This document shows, in pieces, positions 47,051 to 58,806 of a stretch of DNA of 64,000 nucleotides. The notes under the pieces are model-generated. The model was not told where the DNA came from. It saw nothing but the letters and a program-made list of their open reading frames with translations, and did not search any database. Both the position numbers and the translations under genes were made by a program. Origin of the DNA: Callorhinchus milii (Eukaryota); contig NW_024704748.1 in the NCBI RefSeq assembly GCF_018977255.1, positions 15,624,001-15,688,000 on the forward strand, read 5' to 3'. The first letter of the stretch is position 1; every line of letters begins with the position of its first letter.

Positions 47051-47409
47051 TAATAATAATAATTCTTGCATTTGATATAGTGCCTTATCACATCTTCGAG
47101 ACGTCTCAAAATCCTTCACAGAAATAAGTGAATTGACTGTATATTTTGTGGGCACAATATAGCAACCAATTGCACACAGCAGTGTCCCACAAACAGTCGT
47201 GGATTGAGTGACCAATTTTTTTGTGGAAGGAATTATTACCTCCGGAAAAGTGATCCGCCAATCGACTAATAATCTGGTTCCCACTTACTGCTAGGTAAAC
47301 AGAGGCATGTGGAGTAAGGAAACTTGCCCAACGTTTCGCCCTGTCAGGAATCAAACCCAGGTCTCTCGCTTGCGAGGCGAGTGCTCTAAGCAATAAGCTA
47401 CAGGACTCC
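47051..47409 (-). mobile_element. Full-length SINE, long (CORE-containing) variant
   Basis: tRNA head, then TTGGGCAAGTTTCCTTACTCCACATGCCTCTGTTTACCTAGCAGTAAGTGGG (CORE-like), then Deu-like body and (TTA)n tail. Confidence 0.95.
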
Positions 47410-48677
47410 ACAGGTTCTGAATCAACAAAATATTGTCATAGTCCAGAAGTAAAGGGAATATCGATTTATCTTTCATAAACATCAGCTGTCAAAATCCTTT
47501 CCAAAATGTCATTGAAAAGCTTTGAAATGTTTACAAGCCAGCAGCTGGAATGAATAGTGATTGAAACAAATTGAGCTTTTCATCATTCGAATAATAAATT
47601 CAACATTTTCCTTTATTTAAAAGGGTTTATTACTTTCTGGTACTTTGGAGACTTGAGTTCAAGGAGGAGGTTAGGATTCACTGACAATGATTATGGTAAT
47701 ATAATTAGGTGATCATGTAAAACAAGGATGGCTATGTTAGGTGACATCTTGCTTTTAAGGTTAATATATCAGTTGAATTTTGTTTTAAAACCCTCAATGG
47801 ATAAATAGGAGATGTTCACGAGAAAGCCAGGAGCGAGCACTAATCTAATTGTACTCCTGAAAGCCCGGTTAATGGTCACCACTTTAGCAGCTGTTTGAAG
47901 GATTGGTAGGACTGCATCACAGATCCATGTTCATCTACTTCAGCTGCTGAGGCAGTCTAGGGGCTGGAGACAGAGCATCAAATGGCTGGGTCTAAGCTAC
48001 TGTTCATCTGCTGGAGCAGTCTGGGGACTGCTCTGTGTATAATACTGAGGCATTAGTTCAAAGTCTACTCCAGCAGCAGGACACCCGTCTATTCTTACAA
48101 CATGTTGGCTAGTCACTTCCTGAGATAAGTTCTATCAGGGTCAATACAATATCAGTCTACACCACAGGTTTTAACTAACTACCATTAGAAGCTTAAATGG
48201 TACATTTTAGCACCTGATACATTTTGAATGCACAAATAAAACTAGTATGCAGTCACGTAACAAAAGTACCTGCTTGTGTATTATTTTAAAAGCTACAAAT
48301 TGTTCTTTATGACATCTCCTGCAAGGGGTCTTTCTAACATTCTGGTTGCATCACCGCATGTGGAACTGTACCACAGCATCATTACCTGCCACCCAGTGAG
48401 GAAAGAGGTAAATGTACATATGGAAGAAGGCAAAGATCATGGCATTATTGGTAAATTGGATTTAAACTGACTCAGCAATTGAGAGTGCAATTAATTCATG
48501 GAAAACGCTCTTTGACTAACAGAGGTTCCACAAGTGTATTTGAAGTTCCCTGCTGTTAACATGATTTAATAAATAACTTGGAGGCGGAGGAGTCTTCTCA
48601 TGTTCTACAATTTGTTGATACCCAAAATGTGCAGGATAGTAAATTAGTGTAAAGAGCATTGTAAATTTGGCCCATTT

Positions 48678-49230
48678 CTGCAGATGTGTTTTAATGTAGA
48701 TAGGTGCAAGGTATTTCATGTTGGAATATGACACAAACTTGTACAAAATAAAGTAGTCATTAATAGAGGTAGAGAAGGAAAAGGTTTAACTGTTAGTATT
48801 CATCATCCTCTAAAGATTTCCAGACAATATGAAACTGCTATCAGCAAAGCTAATCTAATCCTAGGTGACATCTTGAGGACTGGAACATATGCCAAAATTT
48901 TAACCTTATAATTGCTCACTGGCAGGGTACATTTGAAATATTGTAAGCTTTGGGCACTCTAACATCAAAGGGATATTTATGCATCAGAGATATTTCACAG
49001 CAGATCAGGCGAGTTGTCTGGCCAGGGCTAAATAGTGAAGATGGATGCCAAATTGTGTAGTGTTTGCTTAATTGCCAGGGAGTATATATTCATAACTTTC
49101 CCCTGAGAGAGATAGACAGAACGAGAGTTGTAGAATGAATAAATAGTGTATGATTGGTTAGCTTTGTTTGGTGTATAAGAAACAAGCCTGATGTACCAAT
49201 AAGCCTTTTTTCATTCAAGATTTTCTTATA
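48678..49230 (+). mobile_element. Degenerate CR1 LINE ORF2 fragment
   Basis: QMCFNVDRCKVFHVG (CR1 WQMxFNxxKCKVxH motif), then ...AISKANLILG... and ...RVHLKYCKLW...RDI... motifs with frameshifts. Confidence 0.75.
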
Positions 49231-50675
49231 CTTTGAACTGAAGAACAGCGTGAGATACGCTAGAAAAACGGAGCCTCAGTTTGGCTTAGCGTGAGTGAAT
49301 TAATATAGGGACATTAACCTTTAAGATGAGAATGTTGGGTTGAGGTCAATTCAAATTCAATTTGAATGAATGCAGTCAGCAGTGGAATCAAGCTCTAATT
49401 TACTTTATTACATATGCCGAGAGAGAGAGAGTGCATTTTAAGATCCAAATTTCAAAGCTCATTGAGTTTCATCCAATTTACACATATTTCATCCATACAC
49501 CATTTTCCACTTTTTGATTCATACCTTAAACTGGTTATAGTTCCATAAATTCACGATAAATGAATGAATTTCAGATAAATACGGAATATGCATCACCAAT
49601 AACTATATTTTTCAACACAGTGTTGCCTTTCTGTGGCCCTGTACTTCAGGATTCTTCAATAACTCTCAACTCCCAACCAGAAGGTCATGAATTTAAATTC
49701 TAGCATTGCTTGTCACTCAAGCTGTTTAATTAGACCACATGACACAGGTGCCCTGGTTTATACTGACTGGCAGATTAAAAGGGAACCATCTTCTAGAGAA
49801 GTAAAAGGACAAACTTATTTTTTTATTTGCCCAACCCAATACAACAATGTGTATCACGTTAAAACATATTATGTTGCAACCCTTATGCACAAATGGCATT
49901 CAACATCAATTCTGTTTAAATCAATTAGCATTTCTCATTCTTCTGCAACTGGTAGTTAAAGGTTGGTGGGTAGTGCTCCATTTGAGCACATTACAATGCT
50001 CAGTACTTGTTTTCCCAACTACACAGTGGTGCAAACAGGGAGAAGATAAACATATTCTCTGCACTCTGTTGAATATAAAACCAGCATTACTGTTTGCAAT
50101 GGCCACTAGTGGGACTTGGGAACAATCTGGATGTAGCAGGCTATTATTAGCACAGCATGAGCATGGGACATACCTCATCTGATTATAATAACAAAGTTAT
50201 TAATGGATAATAACTTTGTTAGCCTGTGTGCTACAGTGTAGCAATCCTTAATATCAAGCAGATCACCACTTACAATCAATAGGTAATTATTGAATAAATG
50301 TTACATTTTAGCTGTGGTCGCCAATGAGACAGAATCTAATAACACAAATATTACTAATACTGCAGTGACTGATCTAACAGCTGTCATGGAAACAAAGTTA
50401 AGCAATGCATATGAAAGGGCTGAACCCTTTAATCTGCTTAAACCCTATTATTCCAGTAATAGACTTTGTGGATTGTTCACTAATACCATTATAGTGACTC
50501 AGTATAAACTATTTGTTCATTTGTTTTGATTTTATATTGTTAGGTGAATATTTAAGTTGTCGATGTAAGGGATGTCAGCATATAAAATGGACTATTTTAC
50601 CTTCATCTGCCCTGAGATAGCATAAAACATGCTAATCAGGAAATTTAGAGAGATAGGTCGTCATTTGTTACTTTT

Positions 50676-51172
50676 ACAGGTGCTGTCTCTGTGCTGTGGG
50701 CAAGGTGAGGGGTTTGAATAGCAAATGGAAGAAGTGTGAGTGAAGTTGATTTGCAAAGACGCATTCCAAAACTTTGACTAGGAAGGGCAGGTTTGAGATG
50801 GGTCTGAAGTTTGTGAGGTTGGATGGATCGAGGGTAGGTTTTTTAAGAAGAGGAGTGATGATAGCAATTTTGATAGGGAGTGGGAAGGAGTCTGAGGAGA
50901 GGGACTGGTTGATTGTGTCAGCCAGCAGTGGGCAGAGGAAGGGGAATGACCAGAAGCTGGGTGTCGAGGGGCCAGACAGCAGGCGGTGGGCTTCATCTGG
51001 GTGATGGCAGGTAAAGGGAGGTGGGAGAGATGGAGGTAAGGGGGAGTGTAGGGTGGGGGCTGTGGTAGGAGGAGAGAGTGATGAAGGAGGCATGGGGGCA
51101 GAAGAGGAGGAGGCAGCCAGGTGGATGTTATCTAAGAGATAAAGAAGTCCAGGACCTGTTCACACTTGGTAT
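50676..51172 (-). mobile_element. L2 LINE internal fragment (N-terminal part of the RT domain)
   Basis: PLLADTINQSLSSDSFPLPIKIAIITPLLKKPTLDPSNLTNFRPISNLPFLVKVLE, the canonical L2 PLLKKP..LDP..YRPISNLPF motif. Confidence 0.95.
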
Positions 51173-51824
51173 CAGCAGTGATTCCTTTACTTGCACAGTA
51201 CCTGGGCGACACACTCAACCACTAAACTCAAACACATAAACATATGCTATGCACTAGCACCAGGAACATTTCTCTCCCTCTCCCTTTTTGTTTAAATGCA
51301 CTCACAGAACTTGAATTGCCAGTGAAAAATGTTTTCCATTTGTTGGACAATGCAGTGCACATCAAGCTAAGGAATGCGTGTGCAGGGAGTGTAAAATAAT
51401 TTTATCTTTACGGCCGGTATGAAGCACTCCTGGGACAGACATAGCATATCTGTGTGGACAGAGTAGCTCCCTCTACACTGTCCCCAACATCTTAAAAGCA
51501 ACTTCAGAAAAGTAGCTCATGTTGCACTGATGTGAAGGTTTCCACTTTCCACATCATCCACCCAAAGGATTTTCTGGCACAAGATGAGATGCCACTATTT
51601 ACACTATGGGGTTCAATGCAAAGGCTTAGGTTTCCAGTGTAATGCATTAACCCTGCTTATATCTTGGGATTGAGTCCACAACATGACACAACCACTTGTT
51701 ATAAAGCCTCAAAGCATGACTATTTTCAGTTTGCGGACCTTCCCTCAGCATACCAATTGCTAGTTGAAAGCTGCTCTTGCAATGTCATGAACATGGTGAA
51801 AGGGATTGGTAATGATAAAATAAA

Positions 51825-52018
51825 ATAATAATAAAATAATAATAAAATGTAGGAGGTGTGATTGTACCATTTTAGCCCATGAAGTGCTTTAAGAAGGTTC
51901 GAAAACATGGTAAGGTGCTTGATCAAATGCAAGGATTAATTATTATTAGTAGTAATGAAATGCCTTGGGAGGTCCTCCCAACGTGAAAGGCGCCATACAA
52001 ATGTAATCTTGTTGTTGT
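51825..52018 (+). mobile_element. SINE tail fragment followed by an L2 tail
   Basis: TGAAGTGCTTTAAGA...ATCAAATGCAAGGATTAATT, then CCTTGGGAGGTCCTCCCAACGTGAAAGGCGCCATACAAATGTAATC(TTG)n. Confidence 0.75.
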
Positions 52019-52394
52019 ATTATTATTTGGAAATGTTCCATAGAAGAAGAAGCAGGTTGATATTGCAGTGCTTTGGAGGAAAACAATTCCTTATTGTACA
52101 ATTGCCATGTTAGATTCAAAGTGATGAGAACAAGAGGATTGTAACAACTCTCAATTGTCTTCCCTCTAGACTGCCTCCAGATACCTTACAGTGTTCAATC
52201 AGAAACTGAGTCACAAGATCAGTGACACAAAAGAAATCTTATTCAGGCACCTTCCATCACAAGCAATTAGAAACATGAAACGCTTAATTGTTTACCTCTA
52301 ATAGCAAAACCTACAGAGATAATTCATTAGAACTTGAATCTGAAGAAACAACTTCTAGGATCACAATTCACCAAAATAGGTTATAATATTTACA

Positions 52395-52630
52395 ATACGA
52401 TTTATATTGATATACTATAGCTCCTTTCACTACAGGAGGATATCTTAAACCGCTTCACGGTACTGGATGGGGACCCAAGCTGGGGGTGGGGGGGGGAGCT
52501 GAGGGGAAAGATGACCAAAAGCACGGTGAAAGAGGTAAGTCTCAAGATATGCCTTGAAAGAAGGGAGGGAGGGAATGAGTTGGAAGGACTATGGGATGGA
52601 GTTCCAGAGTCTGGGGACAGAATGGCTGAA
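52395..52630 (-). mobile_element. L2 3' end fragment
   Basis: GACCAAAAGCACGGTGAAAGAG...GGATGGAGTTCCAGAG...TGGCTGAA, as in other L2 ends. Confidence 0.8.
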
Positions 52631-55024
52631 TTACAGCTGAAATTTCAAACATGTACAACAACATACCACACGCATATGATGCATTATAGAATAACATAGT
52701 TTAAATGATAGGGGTGGCTGATTATTATATTAGTGGGGTACAGAGGCAGCACTCACGTATGCTTATTCTTTCAGATGCCTTTCACAGACGCCAAATTTAT
52801 GTCTTTGAAATACACCAAAACTGGCTTTGTATATGCATAGGCAGAAATTGTGCAAGTGTTTTTCTTGTTACCATGGTGAATGGTGGCAATGAAGCAGCCT
52901 CCTATGGTTAAACCACATGATTTGAAATGGAGTAATAAATGGGTTTTAGCTTCCTGCATGTTTCTGGGGAATAATCCAGCATAGCATAACATATGACAGC
53001 CTGTTTGGAAACCATAAATATCGTTACTCCTGGAGGTGCTGATAAACTCAGGTTTGGAATTGCATTGCTTTCTGCTGTGAATGTAGCTGAATACATTCTG
53101 CTGTGCTCATACCTTAATAGGATTACCAGATAGAGCAGAGACAGGCAAATGGTGCATGATATTGAGTAAATGGATGAGGTTCATTGGGCTTGAAGATATG
53201 GTGCTAAAGTGTTATGGGCTTGGTAATATTCAGTCCACCAAGTCCACCAGAACTTGCTCTTATTCAACAGAAATGTGGCAAAGGCCCACAAAACAGGTCA
53301 AAGCACCAACATGGAGATCCCGATTAAAGTACAAAACAATTAAAACCATTAACTCTGACTATTTTGTGTGACAAATAATATATACTTTGTTTGAGTTTAA
53401 AACACATTGTTAAAGCTATACAGGGACACTTTTACTGGTATTTATCATGTGCAATACCTGATGTGCAAAGAATTTGATGCAGGAAAGTAGAAACATGTTA
53501 ACTGATATCCCGTCGCTTGGCTATTGAGCACAGAAATTTAACACTGGTAATCTGATGCTGGTAACACATGCAGCTGTTTGGCTCAATTTCAGTTACTGTG
53601 AATATAAGTCGTCAGCTCCCTACAGCAAAGAGGCTGATATTTGAGAACATGACTAGCTGCATGTAGGCGGCAGTGGAAGAGCCTGTGCAGTGTCTCAGAT
53701 AGCACAGCAGCTGTATGAACAGTGCCTGTCTTCCTTAAGTATGGCTTGCAGTTCTGATTGGACACATGTATTACAAACTTAGCAGTATCAGCTTTTATAA
53801 GGTATGTCAAAGCGATCAGAATTGAAGCATGTGACAACTGTCTTGTATCCAGCCAGAGTCCACAATGTCTGATTCTGAGACATGCTGCATCAAAAGCCCG
53901 ATGTGCCCAGTATGAGAATTATATTCACTGGGTGACATTGAAGAAATCAGAAATTCAGGAGTTCGGTTCATTATATAGAATTCCTCAAGGGAGGAAGTGG
54001 ATGTGGGCCCAGCAGTTTGTGTTTGATAAACAAACTTTAATTTTCACCTTAACCTCCCTGGAGAAACACAAGATAAGAAAAAGGGAGGTTTTCCGATTTT
54101 GTGGACACTGGATGGAATTTTGACATAAATAATCAATCTATTAGGCTCCCCTTATAGCTCAGTAGATAAGGGCACTATCTGATGTAGCAAAAAACATGCA
54201 CATCAGAAAAATGCAGGTTTTATTCCTATTTTTCGCTGATTAGCTGATCTCACCCAGGAGGTGGGGTGCTATAAATGTTTTTACTGTTTTTTGACTCGAA
54301 TGTAGGGGAGAAGGGGGAAATCAACTAGCTTCCTGGTCCTCAACCCTTAACTGCAGTTGTGTGAAACCCGTATACTCTTAAGAATCTGTCTTGTTATGAT
54401 ATAAGTTCACTTATAAAAATGACCTGGGCATTATTGAATGACACTGGAGTATGAATCTCTCTCTCTTCTTTCTCACCAACCAATGAGGCTAATCCACTTG
54501 TAAAAAAAGAATGCACCAAAATAAACCAGAAACATTAGCGAGCGAACCAACGAGATGGGCTGATTTGTTCAGTCTCACTACTCATCTCTCCGGCAGTAAA
54601 ATATCTCATTAATTCATCTCAATGTCTTTTCAACCAGCCTTAAATACTCAATCCGAGCTAAATTATGCACTTCTTAAATATATAGTTCACTTAAATATAT
54701 ACTTCAATTGCATTTAAGCATGGACTTTTTTAAAAAAAATCTCTTTTACTGAAGCTTCCGATGGTTTATAATAATGTTAATTTCCATTCAAGTGCTAAAT
54801 TCAGCAAATGCCTGCGCACTTAAAGTGCAGATTAATGGCCCAATTTCAATCTTTGCAAATGCAGATCTGTACCATTTGTCTTAAATAGACTGCTTTAACT
54901 CTACATGATTTACTGACTGGAGTTCAAACACTGTTATTATACTGGCCCATGATGAAGGGGAAAGCACTTGTGTTCCACAAGTCTCAAACTCAATTTGAAC
55001 CAGCTCTGATGATGCTAGAGGTCT

Positions 55025-55465
55025 TAATAATAATAATAATAATTGCATTTGATATAGCACCTCATTATGTTAAAACATCTCAAAGTGCTTCACTCAGTCT
55101 TACTGTAAAGGATATTTGTAGGAGAACACAAAAGCCATTTTTCACATAGCAATACCCCACAAAGCCATGAAGTAGATGACCAAGTTTTTTCTTATATCTG
55201 GGGATTATTGGCCAGGACACTGGCAGCAACTCCCTTCCTTCTCTTTTCAAATCGTGCAATGAGATCTTTGATGTCCACCTGAACAAACAGCTGAGACTTC
55301 GGTTTTATGTCTTATCCAAAGGGTGGCACCATCAACAATCCTGTACGTCCCTAATAATGCACTGAAGTATCAGCCTAGATTATGAGCTACAATTTCCAAC
55401 TTGGGGCTTGAATCCACAACATTCTGACTCATAGACAAAAGTGTTACCAACTGAACTAGATTGGC
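55025..55465 (-). mobile_element. Old full-length Deu SINE (SacSINE1-like)
   Basis: (AAT)n tail, TTGGCCAGGACACTGG...GATCTTTGATGTCCACCTGAAC...GGCACCATCAACAAT, tRNA head TTGAATCCACAACATTCTGACTCA...CCAACTGAACTA. Confidence 0.8.
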
Positions 55466-55639
55466 TGCTGCTGCAATAACATTAGCAGAGACCAAGAGTT
55501 GCACACAGATGATACACAACTTTTCTCTGGCACATTTTCCCCAGTTTCTAATACTGTTTTATTTAAGGTGGTGCCCAATCAAGAAAAACAATAAACTCGT
55601 TCTTGTCCGGTAAAGTCCAAGCTATGTAATATTGAATAA

Positions 55640-55885
55640 AGCAAAATAACTTATAATGCTTTATCATGTTTGAAATATTTTCAAGTGCTTCATAGGAATT
55701 ATTGTGACATCTAGTGACTAATTTTATGGGTAAGACTAGCAACCATTTGCGTAAGGATGATCCCCAAAACAGTCATGAGGTGAATGATCTGGAGAATAGC
55801 AAGAGAAACTCCTTCTCATCTTGAATAGTGTCATAGGATCTTTAACATTCATCTGATCAGTCAGAAGGGATTTTGTTTTAATGAT
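55640..55885 (-). mobile_element. Old Deu SINE fragment
   Basis: AAGTGCTTCATAGG...CCCCAAAACAGTCATGAG...GAATAGTGTCATAGGATCTTTAACATTCATCTGA. Confidence 0.6.
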
Positions 55886-55892
55886 TCAAACG

Positions 55893-56533
55893 GGTGTCAG
55901 CCTGACTCAGTTGAGAGCATTCTTGCCTCTGAGTTAGAAGATTGTAGGTTCAAGTTCTACTTTGGGACATTGAGCTCATTGTCCAGTTTGAAACTCCAAC
56001 GCAATGCTGGGAGAGCTGTATTGTGGCGGTGCCATCCTTTAGACAAGAAATTCAACCAATGGCTTCTCTGCCTGTTCAGGTAGACACTCGCCTTGCAAGC
56101 GAGAGACCTGGGTTCGATCACTGGCAGGGCGAAACCTTGGGCAAGTTTCCTTACTCCATACGCCTGATAATAATCCCACATGAAAAAAAACAATAATAAA
56201 TCCATGACACACCTGTGCGTAATTGGCTACTGCGCATTTCGCCTACAAATATACAGTCAAATCACCTTACATTATATTCTGTGAAGCGCTTTGAGACATC
56301 TAGAAGATATGAAAACCACTACATCAAATGCAAGGATGATTATCATTATTTTATTATTAAAGATTCCATGGCTCTAAATGGAAAAGAGAAAGGAGTTTCT
56401 ACTATTGTTCTGGCCAAGATTCTTCAAAATTGATCCACCTACAAAATACAGTCACTACACATTACAGTAAATCTTTTGAAACAATCTGACAATGTGATAG
56501 GGTCCTGTATAGAATGCAAGGATTATTATTATA
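55893..56533 (+). mobile_element. Old Deu SINE with a young SINE (56085-56359) nested inside
   Basis: Old head CCTGACTCAGTTGAGAGCATTCTTGCCTCTGAG...CTGCCTGTTCAGGTAGAC | young copy | AAAGATTCCATGGC...TTCTGGCCAAG...GAATGCAAGGA(TTA)n. Confidence 0.85.
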
Positions 56534-58134
56534 ATAAAGACAATACCGATAATGCATCACTCCTACTTACCAGGCAACACCAGAGTGTCAACCTAGACAT
56601 TGTCTATGAGTTCAAGTACCAAAGTAAAATCCTGACCCCAATTTTCTCACTCACGGTTAAGAGTGGCTCTCATTGGAGCCATGTTGACATGCATGGAATC
56701 AAATACAATAAGCTGACTATCAAGCTTGATCCTATACTTCACTGAAATTACAAGTTAGACTTGTTACCAAATAATATTGACTCAGTTTGTATAAGGGTTA
56801 CGTTTGCTAAAAAGCACTTGTAAAAAATCATGCAAGATCTTTATTTTTTCCTATTTTTAAAAAAAAATACCGATTTATTGTGGTTAATTTTTTTCCTTCT
56901 CTCTGTCTGATGTTACAACCAGCTTGCTTATTTAATTTTACTTGCTTTGTGCTGCTAGATTCTATAACTTTGATTGAATCCGAGCACAAAATTTGTATCA
57001 CTTCAATCGCTCCTGCCACCTGCACCCACCCACCTCCTGCTCAGAGTTCCCGCATTCACTTACAAAATACCCAGACACTGCTCTTTACAGAGAAAGGAGT
57101 TTCTCCCATTGTTCTGGGCTGCTATATCAAATCCAACTATTATTATTATTATTATTATCATGGAGTCACACAGACCTCATTTGCACAGCATGAGTTTAAT
57201 CCTGGCTTTTAGGTGAGATTATATCGTGAAATCTGAGAGTGAATAGGAAATTGACTACGACTTATAACAGTAGAAACAGTAGACATGTAACAACAGGGTT
57301 TGAGGAGACAATGGGCAATAATTTTTACTCTCACAGTGTATTTTCTTACTGATAAGCCAAATAACAGCTCATCTTTACCTACTGCAAATTTAATAACGTT
57401 CGGAAACCCTGCTCCTAGCACAATTGCTCTACAGGACTCAGCCTGGGCTATGACATGTTAGTTGTGTTTCTATGGTGACTGAATCCTCGTGGGTTATTTC
57501 CCCCTCCTTAAACACATAATAAAATAAAAAACATATGATAGAGACAGGAGCAGGGCTGAAACCTCTTCTTCCAATGTTTTTTTTTGAGGCAGGTCTGGAG
57601 GTATTGCTGCCTGTGTTTGGCAGAATCTGTTGGGTTCGGACAGTTTCTTTACTCAGGGGGTCTGTGTGGAGCTCCAGCAAACTGTAAACTGATCCAAGCC
57701 AGATGGGTTCAAGAAGTGGATGGGCTTAATTGGCTTATCATGCTATTTGAGTACATGTTACAAGTGAATGGTACAAGTAAAGCTAATGCGCATTACTGCT
57801 CTGCTGTGGTTCATTTGCTGCTTCCTTCCTACACTAAATATAGAAAGCTGATAATATAGGAGGGAGTCAATCACGTGGATGTAATTGTATCGAAGGGTTT
57901 AGATGTCAGCAGAGATTGGGCGAGTTGCAGCAGTTTATGACATTGTCTGAATCACACAGATTATCCTTGAAATGCTATCAGTCACATTTAATGGAATCAA
58001 ACGGTCACACCCAGAATTTTTTGCTGTCTTGGTAGATTTATTTTTCAAAAGTCCGCTGCTTATTTCCGAGATAAAATGACCACTGCAGGCGGTGCAGGGA
58101 GATGTTCAGAGAAAGACATGGTACAGGTGCTTAC

Positions 58135-58203
58135 TTGTGTTGTCAGTCTTGTCAAGAAATATTGTGCCGATAATTCCAACAAAATATTTGGTCCAGTCGA
58201 CAT
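58135..58203 (-). CDS. Candidate first coding exon MSTGPNILLELSAQYFLTRLTTQ (unidentified)
   Basis: GTGATG start to CAA|GTAAGC donor in phase 0, inside a repeat-free CpG-retaining block with a YY1-like AAGATGGC upstream. Confidence 0.2.
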
Positions 58204-58481
58204 CACATAAAGAGCAGCGGAGAGCAGGTAGTGATCAAATAAAGGCTGCAGCAGATGAAATAAACCAGGAGAGTTCCATCCGGAGTTCGTATTAGATTGG
58301 ACTCACTCCAGGGCACTATTATGGTTTATAATCTTTCCTGGTTGTTACTCGAGTAGTTTGGGGGCTGTCAGCCATCTTACCCTCCATGCCAGTTCAGAAA
58401 TACAGGGTAATTCAAATAATCAAATGCTGGGAGCTTCGCGAAATAAACAATAGCATCTGATTGATTCTGCGCAAGTACATT

Positions 58482-58600
58482 TAATAATAATAATAATCCT
58501 TGCATTTGATATAGCGCTTTTCACGTCTTCTAGACGTCTCAAAGCGCTTCACAGAATAAACTGTAAAGTGAATTGACTGTATATATGTGGACAAAACATT
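58482..58600 (-). mobile_element. Young SINE, 3' fragment
   Basis: (AAT)n CCTTGCATTTGATATAGCGCTTTTCACGTCTTCTAGACGTCTCAAAGCGC. Confidence 0.93.
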
Positions 58601-58604
58601 TCTG

Positions 58605-58730
58605 CAATTTAGGCATTTTTTCCAAGTTTGCTCACGATCCCTAAATTATAGGTACTGTGCAAACTGTGAGGAAGGGCGCAGAACACTGCAAGAGAAGATA
58701 AACCACTCAGAAGAATAGGCAGGTAAGTGT
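58605..58730 (+). mobile_element. CR1 LINE RT fragment
   Basis: SKFAHDPKLxG (degenerate SKFADDTKLGG) and ANCEEGRRTLQEKINHSEE*AGK (LQxDIDRLxEWAxKW motif). Confidence 0.7.
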
Positions 58731-58731
58731 C

Positions 58732-58806
58732 TAACCCAAGCTGTGAATGTTAACAGATCTTTCAGAAAATTTAACCCAAACTGTGATGAATGTTAACAGA
58801 TCTTTC
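58732..58806. repeat. Tandem duplication, ~40-bp unit x2
   Basis: TAACCCAA(G/A)CTGTGA(TGA)ATGTTAACAGATCTTTC twice. Confidence 0.9.

Noticed and set aside
50100-50118. CTCF-like motif TGGCCACTAGTGGGAC (also ~29161)
   Set aside because: Partial matches of this quality are expected by chance in 64 kb
58722-58728. Consensus CAG|GTAAGT donor
   Set aside because: Falls inside a CR1 RT fragment
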